A stretch of 63,946 bases of DNA, filler included, from Perkinsus chesapeaki ATCC PRA-425 (Eukaryota; Protista; Perkinsozoa), in assembly GCA_013115145.1 (NCBI GenBank). It is 5 parts of 5 records of this genome, joined end to end, with 100 filler letters (N's around TTAATTAATTAA, not from the genome) between each part and the next. Parts side by side here need not be neighbours in the genome. Positions count along the whole stretch, not along the records: positions 29,366 to 54,965 come from JAAPAO010000522.1; positions 55,066 to 59,293 come from JAAPAO010001293.1; positions 59,394 to 62,685 come from JAAPAO010001434.1; 2 more parts are not named here. One strand, 5' to 3'. A program made the position numbers and the translations under genes. Of the stretch, positions 50,570 to 61,959 are shown piece by piece. The notes beneath the pieces are model-generated. The model worked only from the letters and a program-made list of their open reading frames with translations. It made no database searches and had not been told where the DNA came from. The stretch's first letter is position 1; each line of letters opens with the position of its first letter.

Positions 50570-52523
50570 ACGATTTTGAGGCATCAATCATCACAAGCTT
50601 GCAAGGCACAAGCGAAGACCAAAGATAATATGTTGGAGAATAAGCCCGAGGTTGAGCTAGACGACAAGCCTAGCACAACGGCAGGAAGTCCGGACGAGCC
50701 ATCGACCTCAACTAAGGCGGATGAGGTAGGTCATCGTAGATAACTTAACTGCACCACTCCTACCATTCGAGTAGTCAGCCAATTGTGTGCCATTCAACGT
50801 ACCATTGGTATGGTACCAATCAGCTGAACAGTAACTGTTCAGCCTGAACTATTGTATCAAGTCGATACCATCAACATCATTGGTACTACTGGCGCTCTCA
50901 GTGCCCCGCATGCGCCAAAATTGATTCAAGCGTGGTCATCGACCCGAATGGTCGTCTGTATTACAAAGTGCTCTTCTATATCCCAGGTCCAGCCTCAGGG
51001 TCCTGCGAATCTTTCGCCCCTAGCAAGGCCGACCTTTCGCAAAGCAACATTGTTGTCCCCGCCTCCATCCGCGGCCACTGATGCTCCTGTTGATGCAGAA
51101 CGATGTGGAGAAGTTTCGGCTCATCGTCATGGACTTGTGAGTTTGCTGTGTTCTCTGTGTTTCACTCGAGTCGATGAAAGTAGGTCACTAGTAGTAGCAT
51201 AATGTTGTTGTTATATATGATATACAAACCGACAGTTAAATCGGCAAGGGGATATGTAATATATTCCCTTGCCGATTTAGCTGTCGGCTAGAGGAGGAAG
51301 CAACCTTTGAAGATAGCTATTCCACCTATAGCCTATACTATATACTGCATATTACCATTACTGTATACTGTATTCACCTATACTGTAAAGGTATTAATAT
51401 AGCTTGTTCTATAAGCTGAACTGATTTGCAACTTAACAGTTGGTGAATCTGCTCTAAAAGCGCGCCATTCCTGCTATGCTGGGTTGTTGTATTGTAGGGA
51501 ACCAAGGGACTCGCAGCGATCGAAAGTGTAGTTCCGAGTCGCCTCCACTATCAAGAAAAGAGAGATGATGAGGAGTCAAAGGCTGAAAAGGTAACAAGCT
51601 GTGTAAAGCAGTAGCGGCGTTCGTTCAATCAACTAAACAGGCAACGACGATGCTCAAGCTGGTCCACGGTCTTGTAGATGATGCCAGTGCTAACCATGAC
51701 AAACCCTTCCGGTTCGGGTCAACAACCGTCTCATTGCATCAACCAGAATCACCGCTTGGTCTACCCACTGAACGGGCGCAACTACCGGCCGATCTCCCGG
51801 AGGTTAGAAGCGGTATCAATGTCACCAGTGAACAACCTACCGAGAGTACTCGGTCCAGTGAAAGCACTTCATCTGGCACATCTTGTTTGGCCTTGAATCC
51901 TGCCAACAGTTCTAAGCCGCGGAAAACGGACAAGCCACCATCCGTGCCTCTATGCGACGCACGTGTTGATGCTAAATCTTCGTCGCCCTTGCGGAGGTTC
52001 GTCGAAGTCCGAGCGCGACAAATACACGAGCGCTTCGGTAGCGCTTTTGCTGAGAATGAGATAACAGATGTCCTCCTTCTCGAGTGGCTTCGAAGGCAGG
52101 CAGCTCCCATCCCTATTACTGAGCCTCCAGTTGGAGGTACCACTCCAGTCGAGAGCACACTGGAAAAGCCAAGAGTTGTCGAGAGCCCGGCGTGCGTAGA
52201 AGCTGCACAGCAATATCGAACGAATAAGAGGGAACTCAGAACGGCTAGCAAGGAAGTCCCGAAAACTATTCCCAAGAAAAAGACAAAGTCGAGGAAGAGA
52301 CAGCGAGTTGCAAAATCTGAAGGGAGCACGGAGAGATCCGTTAATGAGATCGCACTGGCATGGAATAAGACTTTCGAACAGGTTATCCTATAGCTCTCGG
52401 CGCGCTCCGGGACCTCAGACTTTTAGGTCGCCGAGGACTCCACGAGTGCACCCAAACGTCGAAGCCGACGAGGTGAGGCTTGCTGGCTCCTCGCTTTTTA
52501 TAAGATATAGGTTTATTGTGTGA
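50570..52523 (+). CDS. Hypothetical Ser/Pro/Glu-rich, probably nuclear protein (may be the same gene as 53076-54160)
   Basis: 247-aa open exon 51650-52393 with PKKKTKSRKRQR; upstream exons at 50570-50726 and ~50900-51140. Confidence 0.6.
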
Positions 52524-53075
52524 GACGTGCAACATAAAGAGTAGCAAGGAGACGGTGAAGTGCTCTAACTGCCAGAAGCATTGGCATAAAGCTTGTCATG
52601 ATCCAAAACTAGATGAAGACATAGACTTCTCTACCATCGTAAGAACTCGAAGAAAATTTTAGTGTTGAGCTCTTTTGGTGTGGCACATAGTGTGTGTGAG
52701 TTGAATTTAAATTTACTGAATTTTCAGTTTCGTGAGGATGATCACTTTCTGTTTTGTGATTTTGTTATAAGACCGTCATAGCCCGAGCCCTGGCAAAATT
52801 CCCCCTGACTCCTCTTCGCTGCATGAAATTGTACAATTGCTTTCAATGAGCAGCTATACAGAGTATCGCCTCATCTAGTATGGATATGAGTTTATAATAT
52901 TACCGGTGTACACTGTACAGTGTTGATATAAGAAAGCACATCTTATGATTATTGTGTGAATTACCACATAAACTATACGAACTGTGATTGAACGGTCCAA
53001 TTCGGGGAGAAGCTCCTGACAAGAAAGTCATTTAAGATCTGAAGAATCCTACATAAGTGGACATACCAAGCATAA

Positions 53076-54160
53076 ATGAAGTCGCACCAGAAGCAAGCGA
53101 TTCGCTCAGGAATGGGTCTGCTGGCCTTGTCAAAAGAAGTGGTTGGCTATCAGAAAGGTGTGCCATGCCGTAGGCGACGACATTTGGAGCTCCGTAAGCT
53201 CGTCGGTCGGTTTATCTGGTATATTCGGTGTCAATCCTCAGAGCATTCGAAAGAGTATGTGGTGGCCGTGCAGAGTTGTCGGCCTTCAATGTCGTCACCC
53301 GTATGATCCGAGCATCTACTGCATACAGCCGTACGGTCAATCGGATAGAGAAAAGACTAGCATTTACAGCGCCTGTGAAGTAGGTCTGTGACTGACCCCC
53401 TGTCGGTTGACATAATCATATAACGCTTATATCACAAGCGTAATCTCTTCATTTTCAGAAGTCGATAAGAAAGTGGCACTCGATTGACGTCGAGAGCTCG
53501 GACATCGCTTCGGCTTTATCGAATACTGGAAGGCATCTTTCAGGAAAGAATTTGAAAGAAGTTACCGCGGTAAGCTATCTCGAGAATATTCGGTCTCGCT
53601 CTGTGTTGTGAGATCCGAGAATCATCGTCACCTATAAGCGACTTGAACTACCTGATTCGGTCTACTAGTACCTAAGGGTCAGACTTTGCCCTCTGTGATG
53701 TGGCTCGCTTTTAGGCTCTCAACATGGTCAGGCAAAGGACCAACGGTGGTAAGCGATAGAATATAGGGCCTGGAATCTCCAGGAATTCTGGACCAGAAAG
53801 AATGATATATGTCTCTCACAATTGATCATACAGCTTTAGTAAATGAAACGTATCGCATCGCGGTACTGGTCATGTGGAATTTCACGTGAGCCTTGTGTTC
53901 AGTGGAGGCGGAGAAGACATGCAAATTCGAACGCTGATCCGTATCAGGTTTAGCAGTACCTGCAATAAACATACAGTATTGTGGAGCACGATTCTGAACA
54001 CAACTTGTGTTACATAAGCGCAGAGCTGAAACTCAGCGGTGCTCCGGTGGCGGGGTGTGTCGAAGGGCGCAGCTCGCGGCAGACATCGCCCATTAAGGTC
54101 TGCGGCTGCCGGCGAGACCTCGAGTATGAGGAATCCTACGAAGAAGAATTGACTCGAAAT
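53076..54160 (+). CDS. Possible PWWP-domain chromatin protein exons
   Basis: KSMWWPCRVVGL...YCIQPYGQ resembles the PWWP WWPAxV strand followed by the VxFFG-equivalent strand. Confidence 0.4.
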
Positions 54161-54965
54161 TCGCTATTATCGGCATTCGAAGCGTACATTGTACACTCGT
54201 CCAGACTCTTGACTCCAGAGTTTACACTCCGGACTCCCCACTTTTACATCCCGCGCACTGTATAGAGTATGTAGTAAAGAGAGTAAATTACCCGTAGGTT
54301 TAAGCTAGGTGTAGCCGGATAGCTAAGCTATTCCTCCATTGGAGGACCTTTGATGATTGTGGGTTGGCCAGGGGCACTAGCCTCCACCATTAGAAAGATG
54401 AGACTTAGTGCGAAAAACGCCGCTACTCCGAACCACGGGGAAACCCATCGACCCGCCTGCTCAGTGCAGCACAGCGACTGCAGCGCAGGCATCGGATACC
54501 ATTCATACTCCGCATCAGAATTACACCTGGCACGCATGGGACCGTGGAGCGCGGCGCAAGATACAATATTATCTTGGCGCCTATGTGTTCCCCAAAAACG
54601 AGCTGAGAAACATACCCAACCAGGAATCCTGAGCAATATCCCGCCAGCTGAGACGCGGGCCACGCGTACGGGCGAGGCCAATGCTACCCGCTACATAAGT
54701 GATTTGGTAACTTGATCTCTTGATCTTCTTTCTTACACCATAACTGACAACGTAACCATGCTCTTGGAACCCTGTAAAAACACCATCGTCAGCATCTAGA
54801 TTCTGCATTTCTCCCCGATATTATCAAGAGTACGAATTGAAGGCGCACTCACGCACGCGTGTACAGCGATAGCCCTTGCCCCAGGACTTCGCTGTGCCGT
54901 CCGAGGGACAGCGCTACTTCTATATCGCTCGCCTGAAACTGTCATATCTGTAACGGTTCTAAGAT

Positions 54966-55065
54966 NNNNNNNNNNNNNNNNNNNNNNNNNNNNNNNNNNN
55001 NNNNNNNNNTTAATTAATTAANNNNNNNNNNNNNNNNNNNNNNNNNNNNNNNNNNNNNNNNNNNN
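54966..55065. other. Artificial contig linker
   Basis: N44-TTAATTAATTAA-N44. Confidence 0.97.
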
Positions 55066-55122
55066 TATAAAGTGTTATGAGCAATTCCTTAAGAAGTATC
55101 GATGACATTGAGCAAGAAGTCA

Positions 55123-55651
55123 CTAACGGCTCCCAACAGGACCAGGTTCAGTAGTAGTTGTGGGGCCAGGCTCGGGCGTACTGGTCGGGGCAGAAGTAGT
55201 AGTGGTATTCCCACCACAGAAGACTGGTCTATCTTCCGGGCACACCGCCGGATCAGGATGAGTGTTGAAGAAACATGTAGTGTTGTCGGGAAGATAGTAA
55301 CTGACAAGGTAACGGTTACGCTGACCATTCGGACTCACCGAAAAAGGAACGGATTACTGTACTTACAATCCTTCGCAAACTCCAACTCCATCCTCAGGGG
55401 GGCCGAAGGGTTTGCAATAAGAACCAAAGTCACCACAGTCACTCATGTTGCTGGATCCACACAGGGACTGGCATTGCTCCTGAAAACAGAAGCATTAATA
55501 TAAGACTTATGGCTGAGCATCACCGTGTGACACGCCTTACGCTCTGGGTCCAAGTGAACTCTACATTGCTACTGTTGGCCTCTGACTGTAAGAACCTGAG
55601 GCCTTCAACGAGCGTCTCCAAAATGGAGAATACGGCGATGCTGGCAAGCAT
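55123..55651 (-). CDS. Small secreted Cys-rich protein with short Thr/Pro stalk (3 exons)
   Basis: MLASIAVFSILETLVEG..TWTQS|EQCQSLCGSSNMSDCGDFGSYCKPFGPPEDGVGVCEG|FYYLPDNTTCFFNTHPDPAVCPEDRPVFCGGNTTTTSAPTSTPEPGP...* with in-phase GT-AG introns; 8 Cys. Confidence 0.75.
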
Positions 55652-58600
55652 AATCAGAACAAGTAGGAAGCTGGATAGGAGTCTGTATCGTGTGGCGACA
55701 TCCAATATCTCCTTCTGAAACATGTGCCCCAACTACAAGCGGCAGCATTTGTGTCTGCGTGCAGATATGGAGACAGCTCAGCACTGTTACAGTTTGCTTT
55801 ATCGTTCGTTTCTGTCATGTATGAATGACAAGTTTAATCAATTGTCGAATATTGTGCGTGGTATCACTGGTAGTTTGGCATATTCACTATCAGTTCATGA
55901 TGAGCAGCTCATCGGGTACTTCTCGTGAATTCGGGAATTTGGTTAGTTTGTTCAAGTACGATATGTCCACAAGGTTTTAGTTCTATTCGGAGAACTCTAG
56001 CGGCGATGAAATGATCCTATGCCGGCGGTCATGAGTGAAATTTAGCCCTTTCCCCTTTTCGCCTCCCAAAAAGTGAAACTTCACTGAAAAACTGTTAAAC
56101 CTCTGAAACTGCAGTTCTCACTTCAACTTCAGCATGGTTGAACGAAGTGATTTCATTTTTGCGTTAGGGCGTTCGTTTTTCTCGTAGAACTGATAGTGCA
56201 TCTACGCAGAGTCGATAATCACCTTATAGGGAGCTTACAACTTAAAATGGGCCTGCATGCAGATAGAGCCCAGCAGATGGAGTGTCGGTCGCGGTACGGT
56301 GGCGCCTCGGACTCCAAGCCTCGGGGTCATCGAGACGTCGTCTAAGTTGACGGATAAGCCGTATACTCAAAGACATTCAGAAAATAAGCGACACCCTTCC
56401 CGAGCATCCTCGGTTAGTCATCCTTTACAGACTTGACAACTTACGGAGATGGGTGCATAAAAAATGGGAATGAACAGGCGACGATTACGCGTCACCAGCT
56501 GCGCATGCGTGCGGGACAGCGTCATTGAACTCTGACATGCCTGGCAGTGCGATACTGCCAGTTCCAGAGGAAGTGACGGTAGAGCGGTATATATTCAGAC
56601 GGCGTAAACGTCCAAGTGCAAGTGGAGTAGTTTTCTTTATACTCTCATATGCGAAGATGCCCTAATGTATAACATATACTGCATTGTGAAGTACAATGTT
56701 CAAAGCTAGCAGTATCGGGTTGTCGGCAGATTTCTTCGAGCAGTCTGCAAGTTAGTTATGAAACCTGTCATATACCCAAACCTCGAACGATTATTCGGAT
56801 CTTAGTTGTAGTTCCTTTATTCCGCGCCCTTTTATAGCTAGTCTCGGCTTCTTTATGAGGCCATGTGTCTCTTTATGAGAATCAAGGCTAGATCCTAGCG
56901 TTGCGGGATATCCGTCCTATTTTACAACGCTAGCCTACCCTGGGTCTCAGTAAATCTCTCGGATGCGCATCAACGCATCTTGCGCGTTTCACGAGATACG
57001 AAAAGATACCTTCGGGTCTACTCGGAGTGATTCCGACTAGTTCCGCTACTTTTCCATAACTTACCCTTTAACTATTCATAGCTTATTCACTGTAGCAAGT
57101 GCAGACGATGAATATCACGCCTTGGTGAGCAGCTTGAGGCAACAGTGTATTGGCGAAGACGAACAAGTGCCATGCCCGATTGATGGCAGCCCTCGGAAGC
57201 TCATGTACGACTGATGCAGCCGGCTTCCTATCCAGCTGCTCTTTTGTAGTTACTGCGACTATACCGCGTCTGGTAGAACTTTGAGAAGTGTGGAAGATTT
57301 CAAAACGATTCAAGTTTGCCCTATGCAAGGCTTCGGCCTGTTTGTCCAATGGCGCGATATTTCTCCAGGTATGCTAACACACACTCCGTGGCTTCAGCTA
57401 CCGCTCGTCAATCGGCTCACTTCCGTGGAGAAGCTCGCGATCTTCGAGCATTCGAGAACAATTTGTTCTGGTTTATCTATGAGTGTCCAAAAATCATTTT
57501 CCCAACTGACACAATATTGGCATGTCCCTTGTGTTGACTATGTCCTTGTCAATTGTCTCCCCTCCTATTTTCTACGGACTACACCAACACTAAACTCGTG
57601 TAACTCATCCCGTTAACCATGAGTTTATGGTACGAATCCTACCGTACCTCACTTACAGACGTCGTACCGTGTAAAACAGAGGTGTCCTAAATCTGAGCGA
57701 GTCACGTGACATAGAGCAGAGTCGCAAATAGCGACCAGCGACAGCGTTCGCATGTTCAACATGCCATGTTGCGTCGCATGTATCGGTGAGACAGTGTCAC
57801 AACTAGGCCTTCGTGACGAAGTGGCGGAGCTCGCTCAGCTGTTAGTTTGCTCATCGCTAGTTCGTCATCACTCGCCTAGCGCTTTGGAGGTGCGAGCGAG
57901 TGATCAAATCGCGCGGAAACGATTTAAAGAAGCCGTGGATTCGAATCCCACAGGCTGCATTTTCCGTCAAAAAAACGTCTGCGCTTTTACTCGGCACACA
58001 GGGTAGCTTTCAAGAAACTACAAATTTTCTAGGCACCCCCAGATAAAGGGGATGCCTTTCCGTCTATAGACAATCAGCTAGTTCGCTCTGGATAACGAGA
58101 AATAATTCGTACGCACGCACGCACGCATGCACGGCGAAGATTCATTTCCAGATAATAAGCTCCGCTCACTTCGCTCGCTCCGCAATTCCTAAATGGCCAA
58201 AACAGCCTGCCACACGGCGTGTTCCACACCGACACGGATTAGGCTAATCAATGGAGTCTATCGGCAGCCGGCGGCTCTAATTTCAGCTGAATAGCTGTCG
58301 GCCTAGTCACCTACGCCCAGGCCGGGTAGGGCTCGGAGTAGGTCCTGTTAGGGAAGTGCTCAATGCCTATTGAGCCTATTGACAATAGGCATAAGCAAAA
58401 ATATTTCACCTTGATTCAAACCCAGGTCGGTGATATTTCTTGACAGTCGATGATCATTTCCTCACCACAACACGCACAACTAGGCAAATGCAGGGTCTGC
58501 GTCGCAGACTCTTCCTGCCTTCGCTAATTTACTCCAAGCGCAACAAGGGAAGCTTCGCATGATCAAACTTTGGATTCCAAAGCATGCATTTGAGATCAGA

Positions 58601-58854
58601 ATGAGCGAGGATTCCTGGGTAAAAACTGAGCTAGCGCATGGCTAAGAGCAGTAAACGGAGGAGACGACAAGACGCTTCTTCACAAGGAGATTGCCACTCG
58701 GGATAATAGGAAGTGTGACTGAGTTAGGTCTGATTCAAACAAGCTGACTTCATTGCAGATGTACAGCCGCCTTGTCCTGTCAAATCGAGAAAAAGGGCGA
58801 GATATGGGCGGTGCGCAAAGACGCACAAAGCCCGACGGTAGCAGGTGAATCGGT

Positions 58855-59293
58855 TTAGGATACTATTATTGGGCCAGGCTCAGCAGTGGTTGTAGGGCCA
58901 GGCTCAGCAGAGGTTGTAGGGCCAGGCTCAGTAGTAGTGGTAGGGGCGGGCTCAGTAGTAGTGGTAGGGGTAGGCTGAGCGGAGGTTGTAGCGCCAGGCT
59001 CATTAGTAGTGGTACGGGCAGGCTCAGGAGTGGTTGTAAGGCCAGGCTCAGTAGCAGTTGTGGGCCAAGGCTCAGTAGTCGTAGTGGGGCCAGGCTCAGT
59101 AGCAGTTGTGGGCCAAGGCTCAGTAGTAGTAGTAGGGCCAGGCTCAGTAGCAGTTGTGGGCCAAGGCTCAGTAGTCGTAGTGGGGCCAGGCTCAGTAGCA
59201 GTTGTGGGCCAAGGCTCAGTAGTAGTTGTCGGGAAAGGCTCGGGCGTACTGGTCGGGGCAGAAGTAGTAGTGGTATTCCCACCACAGAAGACT
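58855..59293 (-). CDS. 3' end of a paralog/allele of 55123-55651 with an expanded mucin stalk; 5' part lost at contig edge
   Basis: 59236-59293 is identical to the 55168-55225 region (VFCGGNTTTTSAPTSTPEP), followed by about 16 24-bp units TT(T/A)TEP(G/W)P, stop at 58855. Confidence 0.8.
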
Positions 59294-59393
59294 NNNNNNN
59301 NNNNNNNNNNNNNNNNNNNNNNNNNNNNNNNNNNNNNTTAATTAATTAANNNNNNNNNNNNNNNNNNNNNNNNNNNNNNNNNNNNNNNNNNNN
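59294..59393. other. Artificial contig linker
   Basis: N44-TTAATTAATTAA-N44. Confidence 0.97.
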
Positions 59394-59496
59394 AAAATGA
59401 GAGTTTTGAGGTAATTTTTTCTCCTATACAGTCCTAATATATATATCTACACGGTAGGATAGGACAACGGTCCGTCAACTCAAAAAAAGGTAAACG

Positions 59497-59958
59497 TTAA
59501 ACTCTGCCCAATTCGGGATGGAATTTCACCCCAAATATCACTCTATCCCCCCGGGCTATAGCTTGCGCTTCAATCAAAGTCATCTGAGATTTATAGTCGT
59601 CACAGTTCTCGAGCATCTTTACGAGCTCCTCTTGCTTCTTGCCTGTAACCGCCTCCAAACCAAACCTCTCTAGGGCTACTTGCCTCGAGCCTTTTGCTTG
59701 TCCCGGATAGAGTGGATCGTCAACAGCAAATACCATCGGCTGTGTAATCTTCTCCCCATCTTCAACATACCACCCATCACGAATTCGTGGCTGCCGACCA
59801 CCAGGCTTCACATTCATCGCTCGTGCGTTCAGAGCGTCATCTGCGAACTTGCAGTGGATCGGGCTTCGGTCTGTGAGGAAGACGCAGCCATACTTGTCAT
59901 GAGAAAGTGAACGGACAGCTTCGCTGTGCCGGACACGGCAAAGCTTGTGTAATGTCAT
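59497..59958 (-). mobile_element. IS630-Tc1-mariner-related DDE transposase fragment
   Basis: FLTDRSPIHCKFADDALNARAMNVKPGGRQPRIRDGW..Q.MVF..KG..LER..KFHPEL matches the DNSxxH..DAL..MNxxPGGKQPxMRDGW..PKFHCELNPIE-type transposases; stops just before the expected NPIE. Confidence 0.75.
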
Positions 59959-60169
59959 CTTAACACAATATCTTCTTTAGCTCTGTCTCCGGACGCTAGA
60001 GTACTAAGTTTATACACCATAGTTTTTAATATGTTTTTTCCCGTATCACTACTTGGTAATTACAGTGTTACTCAATTACCATCACATTCTACCGGGATAC
60101 TGTTCATTGCGTTCAACGAGTATTTTAATCTAGATGACGTTACCCACAAGTAGTCAGGTTAATGAAATT

Positions 60170-61827
60170 GAGCAAGAGGAGATTCGTGAGTTAACTGAGC
60201 GATTGTCAACGATGACACTTAGGGCCCCTAACCCTGTTGCAGCACCTTCCTCCGCGTAGAGATGGTTTGTCATGTTTTTCATTTCTGAGAAGTGTATTTT
60301 CTTCGCCCAGACCGGTTAATGCCAGACCTACTGCGAGGCCATTTGGTACGGCTCAGAGTGATCCTGGTACGGTGCCAACTTCTAGGAGGAGACCTGCCTT
60401 TATCGATAATCGTCCTTTACGTGCTCCGCTCTCTACGGTACCAGAGGAAACCGTTCTACCTCATCTGCGAAATGATACTAACGTACTTGATACTACTACT
60501 GGGGATTATTCTAGTCTATTGGAGAATTATGAAGCTGATGCTTTGCTGGGAAATCTATCGCCTAGTGAGCTACAGAAGGTCTATGATGAATCGGTCAAGA
60601 GAGCTGAGAAGGCGGCGTTACCACCTGGTGGGTTATTCAAGGGTTCTAAGGACTCTCGGTCTGTTTCGTCTTTCTTACAAGAATGCGAACGTACTCCATC
60701 CTGGGACATTGGCTATGGTCCCAGTGCTGCATTCTTCCAGGGAAGGTATTTAGAAAGATGCTTGTTTGATGATATCCGTCAAACAGTGGTGGATGGTGTG
60801 GACAAGTATTTGGTAGAGCAAGGTTATAGAAGCTATCGTAAGGCCATTCGAAGTGGTGCTTCTATTCGTTCGGATCCTGTCAAATGTTTTCTGTCTATTG
60901 AATCCCGTCGCGTATTGGTTGACCGATGGGAGAAATTATGCTGGGACAGCAAGCGTGAAGGCTTTGATCAATTTTTCCTTCGGTTTGATTACACTAGAAT
61001 GGCTCTGGATGCTCAACGACGTGCGCCGTTTACTAAAGAAGACGTTGCTGACCGTTTATTTAATAGCCTTCCTGATGATCTTTGTGAAGACTTACTACGT
61101 CGTTAAGGTAATTCTCCATCTTTGGAGGAATTGAAAGAAGCAGCTGAGCGTCATAATGCAGTATTACAACGTCGTGCTGTCCATGGTCGACAATCTAGAC
61201 AAGCTGCTGTTGATGTTATTAATGAAGATAATGCCTTGAAAAGCCTTTAAACAACTGGCTAAACTGTATGATCCTCTAGGCTTGTATATAGAGGTGGTGG
61301 CGAAGCAACGACTATTACTGAGCCTTGTATCCAGTAATACTCAGTCTTGGGATACGACTGATGTCAAGGAGGAACTCTCTCAGGCTATATGCAGTTTTAT
61401 ACCGTCATCGCTACCACCAGTACCTCGATTTTGTGATCTGCGCCAAGGCTTTGCTATATTTTGCGATGCAGCCGGTAATGGGTGTATCTGTTGTGATGTT
61501 CAGAGTGGAGCAGATGGACGCAGACTTACCGCTTATCAGGCCACTCTCAATCCGAAGTGGTCGGTAGCAAGGCTGGAATTATGTGCACTGGTTGCTGGTA
61601 GCAAAATGCTACAAGAAGTTCTTCAACAGCGAGATGTAGTACTGGACAGTGGCACTGATATTCCTGACGTGTGGATTTGTACCGATTCTCAGTTAAATGC
61701 TTGGAGAATTAGGAGGAACGCTCGTTCTGATGAAAAATATCTACCACTGTTCGAGCGTCGACGAGTTCGTTCACTTCGAACTTCCTTGTCACCACTGGCT
61801 TCTGAGACTTCTATTTCAGGTCGATAG
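60170..61827 (+). mobile_element. Degenerate BEL/Pao-like LTR retrotransposon: gag-like ORF abutting connection/RNase H; protease and RT absent
   Basis: Gag-like 60237-61106 (FDQFFLRFD..VADRLFNSLPDDL; in-frame TAA, then NSPSLEELKEAAERH). Then KAFKQLAKLYDPLG, IFCDAAG, VARLELCAL, WICTDSQ, matching Pao YDPLG, FxDAS, PRLEL and WTDS motifs. Confidence 0.8.
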
Positions 61828-61959
61828 ATGGACCATCTAGTCTAGATGGTCCATTTCTAGACTAGATAATCTAGAAATTCTAGATTCAAATAATTTGAAT
61901 TAGATCTATCGATGATTTCATCTAGACAAAATTAGGCACGCGCCTGTAGAATATCTCCT

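Noticed and set aside
57880-57960. tRNA or tRNA-like gene ending GTGGATTCGAATCCCACAGGCTGCA
   Set aside because: Only a T-arm-like segment with a mismatch; no matching acceptor 5' strand or D/anticodon arms found.
59009-59341. Val/Gly-rich and Leu-rich ORFs over the mucin repeat
   Set aside because: Alternative frames of the Thr/Pro repeat; the TTTTEPGP frame matches the paralog at 55123.
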